A stretch of 16,351 nucleotides of DNA. Source: a virus. A program made the position numbers and the translations under genes. The notes under the pieces are model-generated. The model made no database searches, had not been told where the DNA came from, and saw only the letters and a list, made by a program, of their open reading frames with translations. The stretch covers positions 1-16,351 of IMG/VR virus record IMGVR_UViG_3300042922_000430, one strand, 5' to 3'. Shown piece after piece: positions 7,367 through 13,789 of the stretch. How positions within the stretch are numbered: position 1 is the first letter of the stretch; every line of letters begins with the position of its first letter.

Positions 7367-8500
7367 GTGCCCGTGCTGTCTGAGCATCAGTCATCCGTGA
7401 CGGTGCACGTCGACGCCCCGATCGTGCTCGAGGTCACGACCGCCTCGATCGAGATGGACGAGGAGTGGATGCCGTACGTGCAGGGCACGCTCACGTGCCC
7501 TCTCGGCGACGGCGAGATCGCCTCGATCGACCCGCAAGCGGACGACACATGGGTGACGGTGGAAATCCGCCGGCTGCTCGGCCGGATTGACCGTGTGTCG
7601 GACCTGACCCGGAAGTACCGCGGCACGACGCTCTCCGACCTAACCGCACAGTTCGCCGGCGGAACCCTCGCCGATGTGTCCGCCTCGACCTACCACGACT
7701 ACGAGATTCCCGGCCACGCCAAGCGATCGGAGGAGCGCGCGTGGCTCCTGATGCTGCGCGAAACGTCGATCGACTGGGCTGCCGCGTCCGTGCAGATCAA
7801 GCTCGCGTCGGGAGAGGCGCGCCTGACCGACTGGACGCACTCCGGGGCCGGCCCGGTGACTGCCCCGGGCGCGAACCTCGTCGCGCGCGTGAACTGGTTT
7901 CTGGAGAAGGGCGGGTTCCCAGAGGGGCTCGCGTCCTGGTCCGGTCCAAACCCGACGGCGATCGGCGATGAGGCCACGCTGACGACCGGTCAGACCGGCA
8001 TCGAGGGACTCCAAGCGCTCACCCGAAAGCACGAACAGATGGTTTGGTGCGACGAGAACGGGCTATGGCGCATGGCGCCGAACCGGGCCGCATCCGGAAC
8101 GGTCACCCTGCGATCGTCCGGCCCCGATCGCTCGGTCGTCAACGCCGTCGAGAAGCGCTCCCGAGACGAGGGCTGGGTGACTGCCGTGATCCTCATCTAC
8201 ACGTGGGAGGGGCAGACGTACTACGACACCGCATATCCGGGTGCGCCGAACCCTGAGAAGGCGCTCGTGATCCGGTACGACAAGCCCTTCCCTGGCACCG
8301 GACGCGCCGCCGCGATGCTCAAGCAGCTCCGACCGCGAGGACGCGCGCTCGAGCTTGTCGCGGTGTCGACGTACGACCTGACACCCGGGCAGACCGGCAA
8401 GTACGTGTCGCCGCGGGGAACGCTCACCGGCCGGGTCTCGGCGGTGCGCTGGCAGCTACCGGACGACGAAATGTCCGTCCGCATACGAGAGGTGGCCTGA
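7367..8500 (+). CDS. Minor tail / baseplate-hub-position protein (377 aa, GTG start)
   Basis: The GTG directly follows the upstream TGA. Coding bias is strong. It lies second after the tape measure. Confidence 0.65.
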   Translation: MPVLSEHQSSVTVHVDAPIVLEVTTASIEMDEEWMPYVQGTLTCPLGDGEIASIDPQADDTWVTVEIRRLLGRIDRVSDLTRKYRGTTLSDLTAQFAGGTLADVSASTYHDYEIPGHAKRSEERAWLLMLRETSIDWAAASVQIKLASGEARLTDWTHSGAGPVTAPGANLVARVNWFLEKGGFPEGLASWSGPNPTAIGDEATLTTGQTGIEGLQALTRKHEQMVWCDENGLWRMAPNRAASGTVTLRSSGPDRSVVNAVEKRSRDEGWVTAVILIYTWEGQTYYDTAYPGAPNPEKALVIRYDKPFPGTGRAAAMLKQLRPRGRALELVAVSTYDLTPGQTGKYVSPRGTLTGRVSAVRWQLPDDEMSVRIREVA

Positions 8501-9960
8501 TGGGTTACGACGCAGACGGGTTCTACACGTACGAAGAATCCGACCTCACCGACGACGGAGACGGTTTCTCCGGGCTGCTGAACAAGGGCACGGACGCACT
8601 GAAGACTGCCGTGCCGGCGATGGTGCACGGGCGGGTCGTCGCGGAGCTGAACAGCGACCCCACCATCCGTGCGGCAACCATCGCCGCCGTCACGGACGTC
8701 ATCGACGAGCAGGGCGTGGTCTACGGCGGGACGGAAGGAACCGGGTTGGACGAATCGGATGCGGTCGCCGGATTCATCGGCGAGAACGGGCGCGAGACGG
8801 ATCTCGTCGTCGACGAGGCGGGCGCGGTTCCAGACCGCGTGATCGAGGAGTGGTCCCGCCGCCAGCGCGCCGCCGGCCTCTACCTCGATTCCGGATGGTC
8901 TACGCCCTACGCCGGGTTCATCGGCGACAACGGCCGGGTGACCGAACTCGTCGTCGACGAGCACGGCGACGTGCCCGCGGAAGTGCTCGAGCGGTGGTCT
9001 GCGCGGCAGGCCTCGACGATCACGCCCGATCGCACCGGCGTTGTCGACCGGCTCGTGAAGGGACCGCGCAACCAGTTCGGCCGCGACGCGTTCGGCAACG
9101 TGCGACGGCTCGTCTCGGACGCGTCTGTCGTGGTGTGCATGGGCGACTCCCTGTCCGACTACTGGGGCCGCTCTCAGATGACGGAAGCCCAGTCGTGGCC
9201 GGCCGTTCTCGACACGCTCATCCCCGGGACGACGATCCGCGGCGGCGTCGCGGGTCAGACCACCGACGAGATCGCGCTACGTCAAGGCGGACAGGTGCTC
9301 ACGGTTACCGTCACGGGCGGCGCGATTCCCGCGGCGGGTGCAGTCGCCGTAACGGCGCTCCAGACGCTCGGATGGTCGGGCACCTACGACTTTGACGGCT
9401 CGCTCGGCGGCGTCGTGGGGAAGCTCCGCAGCACCGCGGGGGCGCTCACGTTCACCCGCACGGCACCGGGCGATCCCGTGCCCGCGCCGGGACCGGTGAC
9501 GTTCGTCCCGCCGCTCCTCCAGCACCTCGACAAGGTGGCGATCTTCTACCCGGGCCGCAACGACGTGTTCAGCGTCGACGCAGTATCCCGGATCGTGAGC
9601 GGCGTTGAGCTCATGATCGGATCGCTGACCCCGCTCCGCCCCCGGTTCCTGATCGCGGGACCGCTCAACGCGACCACCGAACGTGCGGGCAGCGCCGCGT
9701 ACAACCGGGTCATCGAGACGAACAAGACACTCGCCGTCCTGCACCCCCACGAGTACGTCGACCTGCGCAGCTACATCGTGCACGAGGTGATCTACGAACT
9801 CGGCATCACCCCGACAGCCACGGATATCGCGTGCATGGCCGGCGACGCACCGCCGCCGTCGATCATGCAGCCCGCCGACACGATCCACTACACCGCCGCT
9901 GCGCACGACCGCATCGCGCACCGATTCCACGCAGAACTCACCCAGAGAGGATGGCTGTAA
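8500..9960 (+). CDS. Tail fibre/minor tail protein with duplicated N-terminal module and C-terminal SGNH/GDSL hydrolase (esterase) domain (486 aa)
   Basis: All four SGNH blocks occur in order: VVCMGDSLSDYWG (block I), RGGVAGQTT (II), FYPGRND (III), PADTIHYT (V, DxxH). A tandem ~33-aa module is present: AGFIGENGRETDLVVDEAGAVPDRVIEEWSRRQ (nt 8767-8865) and AGFIGDNGRVTELVVDEHGDVPAEVLERWSARQ (nt 8911-9009). Confidence 0.8.
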   Translation: MGYDADGFYTYEESDLTDDGDGFSGLLNKGTDALKTAVPAMVHGRVVAELNSDPTIRAATIAAVTDVIDEQGVVYGGTEGTGLDESDAVAGFIGENGRETDLVVDEAGAVPDRVIEEWSRRQRAAGLYLDSGWSTPYAGFIGDNGRVTELVVDEHGDVPAEVLERWSARQASTITPDRTGVVDRLVKGPRNQFGRDAFGNVRRLVSDASVVVCMGDSLSDYWGRSQMTEAQSWPAVLDTLIPGTTIRGGVAGQTTDEIALRQGGQVLTVTVTGGAIPAAGAVAVTALQTLGWSGTYDFDGSLGGVVGKLRSTAGALTFTRTAPGDPVPAPGPVTFVPPLLQHLDKVAIFYPGRNDVFSVDAVSRIVSGVELMIGSLTPLRPRFLIAGPLNATTERAGSAAYNRVIETNKTLAVLHPHEYVDLRSYIVHEVIYELGITPTATDIACMAGDAPPPSIMQPADTIHYTAAAHDRIAHRFHAELTQRGWL

Positions 9961-9962
9961 AC

Positions 9963-10916
9963 ATGGCCGGTTTCATCAAATTGACGGGCGTGAACCCGCC
10001 CACCGACCGCCCCCGCGCCGACCTCATCGACAACCTGCTCCCCGCAGCGGGCGCGCTCGCGCTCATCGAACTCGCGCACCCCGCGAACCCGGTCGCCGGC
10101 GTCCCTGCGCAGGGTGCGCTCATTCCGAACCTCGCATGGCAGCAAGCACGCGCGCTGCTCGGCGCAGGCGACGAATCGTCGCTGTCCGCGACCTTCGCTC
10201 GCGCCGCGGGATTCACCGAAGGTGCGCCGACGTACGGCCTGGTGGAACGCTCCGCCAAGGGTGGACTGCACGGCATCACTCGGCAGTCGCTCGCGGTCCC
10301 CGCCGGCTCGGAAGTGTCGATCAACCTGCCCGCTGCGATCCGGGAACGGCTGCGCGCCAACCGGAAGGTGTACGTCTCCGCGTGGTACCGCGTGACACGA
10401 GCGAACGGGGCCGTCGTCGGGACCGTCGAGCACGTGGTGCTCATCGGCGACCCCGCGAACAACGCGACGGGTACATGGGCCGCACGACTGTTCCGGAACA
10501 GCGACGGCAACGTGACCGCGCAGAACACCTACCCGAGCAGCACGAACAACCCCACCCGCTTGGAAGGCGCGCAAGCGGTCCCGACCGGAAACACTCAGCA
10601 GGCAGCGACGATCGCGCCCGCCTTCTCGGCGCTCGGCATCAACTCGTGGTCGCCCGCCGGCGCACCCCCCGCCGCGCTCGCGAATGTGGCGGGCAAGTTC
10701 ATCGTGGCCGGTCAGCCGGTCGGCGACGCTCCCGCTGTCGCAGCCGCTCACAGCTCGCGCGTGTTCCTCCGCGGGTACGTGGAAGACCTCGACGTATCCG
10801 GCCGCACGTTCGCTCAGGTGGCGGCAGCGGACTACGCCGAGTACACCCGCCAGGTGCTCACCCCCGGCGGGCGCTACTACGCCGACACCAACACCAACCC
10901 GGCCGACTACGCCTGA
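9963..10916 (+). CDS. Structural protein of unknown function, last tail-module gene (candidate receptor-binding protein; 317 aa)
   Basis: ATG 9963 has GAGAGGA ~11 nt upstream. An alternative ATG at 9951 overlaps the upstream gene. High GC3. No motif recognised. Confidence 0.6.
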   Translation: MAGFIKLTGVNPPTDRPRADLIDNLLPAAGALALIELAHPANPVAGVPAQGALIPNLAWQQARALLGAGDESSLSATFARAAGFTEGAPTYGLVERSAKGGLHGITRQSLAVPAGSEVSINLPAAIRERLRANRKVYVSAWYRVTRANGAVVGTVEHVVLIGDPANNATGTWAARLFRNSDGNVTAQNTYPSSTNNPTRLEGAQAVPTGNTQQAATIAPAFSALGINSWSPAGAPPAALANVAGKFIVAGQPVGDAPAVAAAHSSRVFLRGYVEDLDVSGRTFAQVAAADYAEYTRQVLTPGGRYYADTNTNPADYA

Positions 10917-10934
10917 CGAAAGGATCGATCCACC

Positions 10935-11681
10935 ATGCTCTACCCCAACGGAACCAAGACCAAGCCCAAGGTCTCGAGCCCTTACGGCCCCCGCACGGGG
11001 GGTGCGTCGTCCTTCCACTACGGAGACGACACGATCGGCTATCGCGAGGTGAAAGCCATCCTCCCCGGCACGGTGATCTTCGCCGGCTGGCTCAATTCCG
11101 CCGGCGGCACGACCGTCCGCATCGACCACGGCGGAGGCATCACGAGCCGCGTCATGCACCTCGAGTCGATGGCCGTCCGCGTCGGCGCGAAGGTCGCCGA
11201 AGGACAGACCATCGGCGTCATGGGCCGCAGCGGCAACGCGAAGGGCGTGAACGCGCACTTCGAGATCGCCGAGCACGGCAACACGACACCACCGATGGCA
11301 TGGATCGCCGCCCGCATCGGGCAGTCCGCGCCCGGAGCGCTGCACGTCGACGGCGCTTTGGGCTTCAACACGATCCGGGAGTGGCAGATCGATCTCGGCA
11401 CCCCCGCGGACGGCAAGATCAGCGTGCCCACATCTCAGTTCGTGTCGACGCTGCAGAAGTGCCTCAACGTCGCCGGCGCGCGCGACTGGGAGGGCAAGTC
11501 CCTCGCCGTCGACGGGTCCGGCCTCGCCTCCAACGTCGGTCTGCGCGTCGGCAAGACCCGCACCATCTGGGCGCTCCAGAGCTACCTGGGCGTCCCCCCG
11601 GACGGCTACCTCGACGCCGACAAGTCGCAGACCATCCGACGCGTCCAGGAGCGACTGAACGCCGGCCGTTTCTTCCAGTGA
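10935..11681 (+). CDS. Endolysin: M23 (LytM-type) peptidase domain plus C-terminal peptidoglycan-binding-like repeats (248 aa)
   Basis: RBS gaaaggat. M23 pattern: FHYGDD (HxxxD), LPGTVIFAGW, VRIDHGGGITSRVMHLES, GQTIGVMGRSGNAKGVNAHFEI. C-terminal VDGALGFNTIREWQIDLGTPADGKIS and LAVDGSG...ALQSYLGVPPDGYLD resemble PG_binding_1 repeats. Confidence 0.85.
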   Translation: MLYPNGTKTKPKVSSPYGPRTGGASSFHYGDDTIGYREVKAILPGTVIFAGWLNSAGGTTVRIDHGGGITSRVMHLESMAVRVGAKVAEGQTIGVMGRSGNAKGVNAHFEIAEHGNTTPPMAWIAARIGQSAPGALHVDGALGFNTIREWQIDLGTPADGKISVPTSQFVSTLQKCLNVAGARDWEGKSLAVDGSGLASNVGLRVGKTRTIWALQSYLGVPPDGYLDADKSQTIRRVQERLNAGRFFQ

Positions 11682-11719
11682 CCACCCGACGCGCACTCCG
11701 CGCAATCAGAGAGGCAACC

Positions 11720-12064
11720 ATGTCCAACAACAACAACGGCCCCGTGCTGTCCAAGAACCTCGCGTTCGCCGCGGTGGCACTGATCGTCCTGTTCGGCGTC
11801 ATCGGGGCCGTGCTGCTGTTCATCTTCCGGCCCGACGCGACCGCGACGTTCATTCAGATGATCGTCACGTTCGCCGGCATCCTCACCAGCGCGATCGTGC
11901 TGCTCTACGGTCTCGGCAAGGTGCAGGAGCGCATCGAGGTCGTGCAGAAGCAGACCAACGGCACCCTATCGGCGCTGCACGAGAAGCTCGCGGAGAAGGA
12001 CGCCGAGCTCGCTCGAGTGAATGAGGAGAAGGTGGCCCTCGCGCGCCAGGTGCCGACGACCTAG
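11720..12064 (+). CDS. Holin-like protein (114 aa; two TM helices plus charged coiled-coil tail)
   Basis: RBS agagagg. TM1 is LAFAAVALIVLFGVIGAVLLFIF and TM2 is FIQMIVTFAGILTSAIVLLYGLG. The C-terminus is Lys/Glu-rich. It lies immediately downstream of the endolysin. Only the last 114 codons of track ORF 10136..12064 are credible. Confidence 0.7.
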   Translation: MSNNNNGPVLSKNLAFAAVALIVLFGVIGAVLLFIFRPDATATFIQMIVTFAGILTSAIVLLYGLGKVQERIEVVQKQTNGTLSALHEKLAEKDAELARVNEEKVALARQVPTT

Positions 12065-12351
12065 CAGCCTGCCGCCTGAGCCGCGTCGAACGCCTCGACG
12101 ACCTCAGGCGTCGACTCAGCACCGGCACGCCATCCCGACGTGCCGGTGCTGTCGTCGCACAGACGCAGGGCCTCGTCGACGATCCCGTCAGCGATCTCGT
12201 CATACTGATCCGCGTTACCGAGTGCGCCCGTCTGCAACACGACGTCGACAGCCGCGCGCGCGGCCTCTCGAGGGTCAGCCGCCGGCGTACAGCCGGCGAG
12301 GACGAGAGCGGCCACGAGAAGCGCGCCGGCGGCGATGTGCTTGTTCCCCAT
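12061..12351 (-). CDS. Small secreted lipoprotein (96 aa precursor; lipobox LAGC)
   Basis: N-terminus MGNKHIAAGALLVAALVLAG|C is a positively charged n-region, a hydrophobic core and an L-A-G-C lipobox. The ATG lies 10 nt downstream of the int stop. Its stop and the holin stop share the palindrome CTAG (12061-12064). GC3 is somewhat lower than in the structural genes. Confidence 0.75.
   Translation of the reverse strand: MGNKHIAAGALLVAALVLAGCTPAADPREAARAAVDVVLQTGALGNADQYDEIADGIVDEALRLCDDSTGTSGWRAGAESTPEVVEAFDAAQAAGC
12073..12110. terminator. Bipartite hairpin at the convergence point of the plus-strand late operon and the minus-strand int-lipoprotein unit (possible bidirectional terminator)
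   Basis: Outer stem cgcctgag (12073-80) / ctcaggcg (12103-10). Inner stem cgtcga (12084-89) / tcgacg (12095-12100). It lies within the 3' end of the lipoprotein ORF. There is no U-tract. Confidence 0.3.
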
Positions 12352-12361
12352 GAGCGAGACT

Positions 12362-13216
12362 CTAGACCAGCGCGGAGCCGCCCCGAGATGCCGCCTCGAC
12401 GATCGACCGCTTGCGATCGTCGGGCAGCTTCACGTAGGTGCGCACCATCGCGAGCGACGCCCACCCCATCAGGTCCGCGACCACGTACGGGTCACCGCTC
12501 GAGGCGATCCAGAACCGCGTGGCGGCGCGATGCCGCAGCTTGTGGATCGTCCACGGGCCATCGAGCAGCCGGTTCACGCGGGTGCCGAGCCAACGAGCCG
12601 AGACGTGCCCGCCCTCGTCGCCGGGGAACAGGTGGCCGCGCCCCTGACGCTTCACCCGATCGAGGAGGGCGATCGCCATCGCACGAGTGAGCGGCACCTC
12701 GCGCGTCTTGTTGCCCTTGCCGTGCACGATCAGGTCGTGCCCGAGCAACGTCTCTACGATGTCGTCCGAGTGGATACACGCGATCTCCGCACGCCGTAGA
12801 CCGTGCTCGGCGGCGAGGTCGATCCATAGCCGCTCGTCGTCGTCGGCCTGCGCGAGCGCGGCGAGGTAGACCCGATCGGGCACCGGCCGCGGGTTCGGCT
12901 TACCCGGCTTGACTTTGTCGATCGGTTCGGTCGGATCGGCCGCCATGCGTGCCGTCTTGACCGCCCATCCGTAGAACGCCCTATACGTCGTCAGGCGCGA
13001 GCGGCGCGTCTCCTGCGCCCAATCGTGCTGGGCCATGAAGCCGGCGATGTCGTCGGTCGTGAGCTGCCACGGCCCGTAGGGGACACGGGAGGCGATGTGC
13101 TGGAGGTGCTGTCTTCGGGTGTAGGTGGACGTGCGAGCAACCCCGCTCGCGGTCTGTGCTGTGATGAACGCCGCGATCGACTCCGACCACGCCGCCCCGG
13201 GTAGGTGCGTGTGCAT
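12362..13216 (-). CDS. int: Tyrosine integrase (284 aa from ATG 13216; the ORF is open to a GTG at 13312)
   Basis: Catalytic signature in order: GLRRAEI (Arg), HGKGNKTREVPL (Lys), HKLRHRAATRF (His-x-x-Arg), LMGWASLAM (Trp/His position), VRTYV (Tyr). ATG 13216 has AGGA 7 nt upstream. The 32 codons upstream of it have GC3 of only ~60 percent, so they are probably non-coding. Confidence 0.9.
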   Translation of the reverse strand: MHTHLPGAAWSESIAAFITAQTASGVARTSTYTRRQHLQHIASRVPYGPWQLTTDDIAGFMAQHDWAQETRRSRLTTYRAFYGWAVKTARMAADPTEPIDKVKPGKPNPRPVPDRVYLAALAQADDDERLWIDLAAEHGLRRAEIACIHSDDIVETLLGHDLIVHGKGNKTREVPLTRAMAIALLDRVKRQGRGHLFPGDEGGHVSARWLGTRVNRLLDGPWTIHKLRHRAATRFWIASSGDPYVVADLMGWASLAMVRTYVKLPDDRKRSIVEAASRGGSALV

Positions 13217-13319
13217 GAACTGATCCTGTGGTGCTCGCGAGTCGCTCACGTTTCGCGGGTGAGTCGCGGGCATCGATCCCAGTAGCCGCACCGATGTGAA
13301 ACCAGTAGTCACCCAGGGC

Positions 13320-13661
13320 TCAGACGCTCAGAACGTCGCTTAGACTCGCCCAGGCAGTTAAGCGCTCGCCCGTCCAGAAGTTGGGGGCGACTACAGACCA
13401 GAAGGTTAGGGGTTCGAGTCCCTTCGGGCGCACCACACCAGGCAGGCCGTCGATCAACTGATCGGCGGCCTGTTTCGTTTCACGCGCCCACGCGATGAAC
13501 TGCGACACGGACGGCTCGGAAAGTCCGCGCTCCCAGTTCGAGATCGTCGTGCGTCCCACCCCGAGCGCTGCCGCCATCTGCGCCTGATCCAGCCCCGCCA
13601 GCACACGAGCATCGCGGAGGCGCGCGGCCACCGTCGTCGACTCGACATTCATCATGGTCAT
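13320..13661 (-). CDS. XRE/cI-type HTH repressor (113 aa from ATG 13661; the track ORF starts at a TTG at 13691); its 3' end reads antisense through a tRNA-derived attP core
   Basis: HTH: LAGLDQAQMAAALGVGRTTISNWERGLSEPS. Divergent from the early operon and adjacent to int. The C-terminal ...VVRPKGLEPLTFWSVV... is the antisense translation of a tRNA T-arm/acceptor. TAATCT (complement of 13669-13674) lies 7 nt upstream of ATG 13661, which suggests a leaderless transcript. Confidence 0.8.
   Translation of the reverse strand: MTMMNVESTTVAARLRDARVLAGLDQAQMAAALGVGRTTISNWERGLSEPSVSQFIAWARETKQAADQLIDGLPGVVRPKGLEPLTFWSVVAPNFWTGERLTAWASLSDVLSV
13391..13435 (+). other. tRNA 3'-half fragment = putative attP common core (anticodon-loop remnant to CCA end; Arg(ACG)-like by recollection)
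   Basis: Plus strand: CTACAGA (anticodon-loop remnant), CCAGA, AGGTT, then T-arm AGGGG-TTCGAGT-CCCTT. The acceptor 3' strand CGGGCGC (13425-31) follows, then discriminator A and CCA (13433-35). The 5' strands needed for the anticodon and D arms are absent, so this is a fragment and not a gene. It lies within ~100-180 bp of the int start (13216 or 13312). Confidence 0.65.
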
Positions 13662-13789
13662 GGGACTCAGATTAGCGCGCGGCGTGCTCAATAATCACGA
13701 CACGCCGTCCGAAATGCGGACGTGTGCAACGCCTGTGCAGAAACCTGTGGATCGTGCTCAAAAAAGTGAGCACGGACGAGGACTGAGAC
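13662..13789. promoter_or_regulatory. Divergent genetic-switch region between repressor and early operon
   Basis: 128-bp gap, which is non-coding if Rep starts at ATG 13661. It is dense in dyad symmetries: CGGCGTG (13680-86)/CACGCCG (13701-07); cgtccg (13706-11)/cggacg (13717-22); and a 22-bp palindrome at 13753-74. The motif CGTGCTCA occurs at 13683-90 and 13753-60, and inverted at 13767-74. A TAATCT -10 candidate serves rep. Confidence 0.55.
13753..13774. promoter_or_regulatory. Candidate operator: perfect 8-bp inverted repeat CGTGCTCA-aaaaag-TGAGCACG
   Basis: Seen directly in the sequence. It ends at 13774, at the 5' edge of the RBS (ggacgaggac, 13774-83) of the first early gene (ATG 13790). 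A third copy of the half-site sits next to the rep -10 candidate. Confidence 0.5.

Noticed and set aside
9888-11705. 605-aa minus-strand ORF. Similar antisense ORFs occur at 5694..7010, 1343..2275, 8221..8964 and 9277..9930.
   Set aside because: All lie opposite plus-strand genes with clear motifs (M23 endolysin, tape measure, portal, SGNH tail protein). They have no RBS context and compositionally biased translations, so they are shadow ORFs of a GC-rich genome.
10136-12064. 642-aa plus-strand ORF spanning the tail, endolysin and holin region
   Set aside because: Only its last 114 codons (from ATG 11720, with an RBS and two TM helices) are credible. The upstream part overlaps two motif-supported genes out of frame and is an Arg/Pro-rich artefact. 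The same logic trims 3255..4469, 4229..4852, 4543..5790, 5406..7004, 6320..7366, 9831..10916, 14329..14700, 14640..14885, 14702..15166 and 14965..15345 to their internal starts.
12335-12869. Plus-strand ORFs 12335..12799, 12337..12690, 12438..12647 and 12687..12869
   Set aside because: They are antisense to or overlap the integrase gene, which carries the full tyrosine-recombinase catalytic signature. Their translations are Arg/Pro-rich with no motifs.
13362-13435. Possible complete tRNA gene. GCGCTCG at 13362-68 can pair with CGGGCGC at 13425-31.
   Set aside because: The interval is only 74 nt including CCA. No D-arm can be drawn. The 5' strand of the anticodon stem (GGCGA) does not pair with CCAGA. 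Positions 8-9 would be CC. Only the 3' half is tRNA-like, which fits an attP core. The acceptor-like pairing is probably chance in GC-rich DNA.
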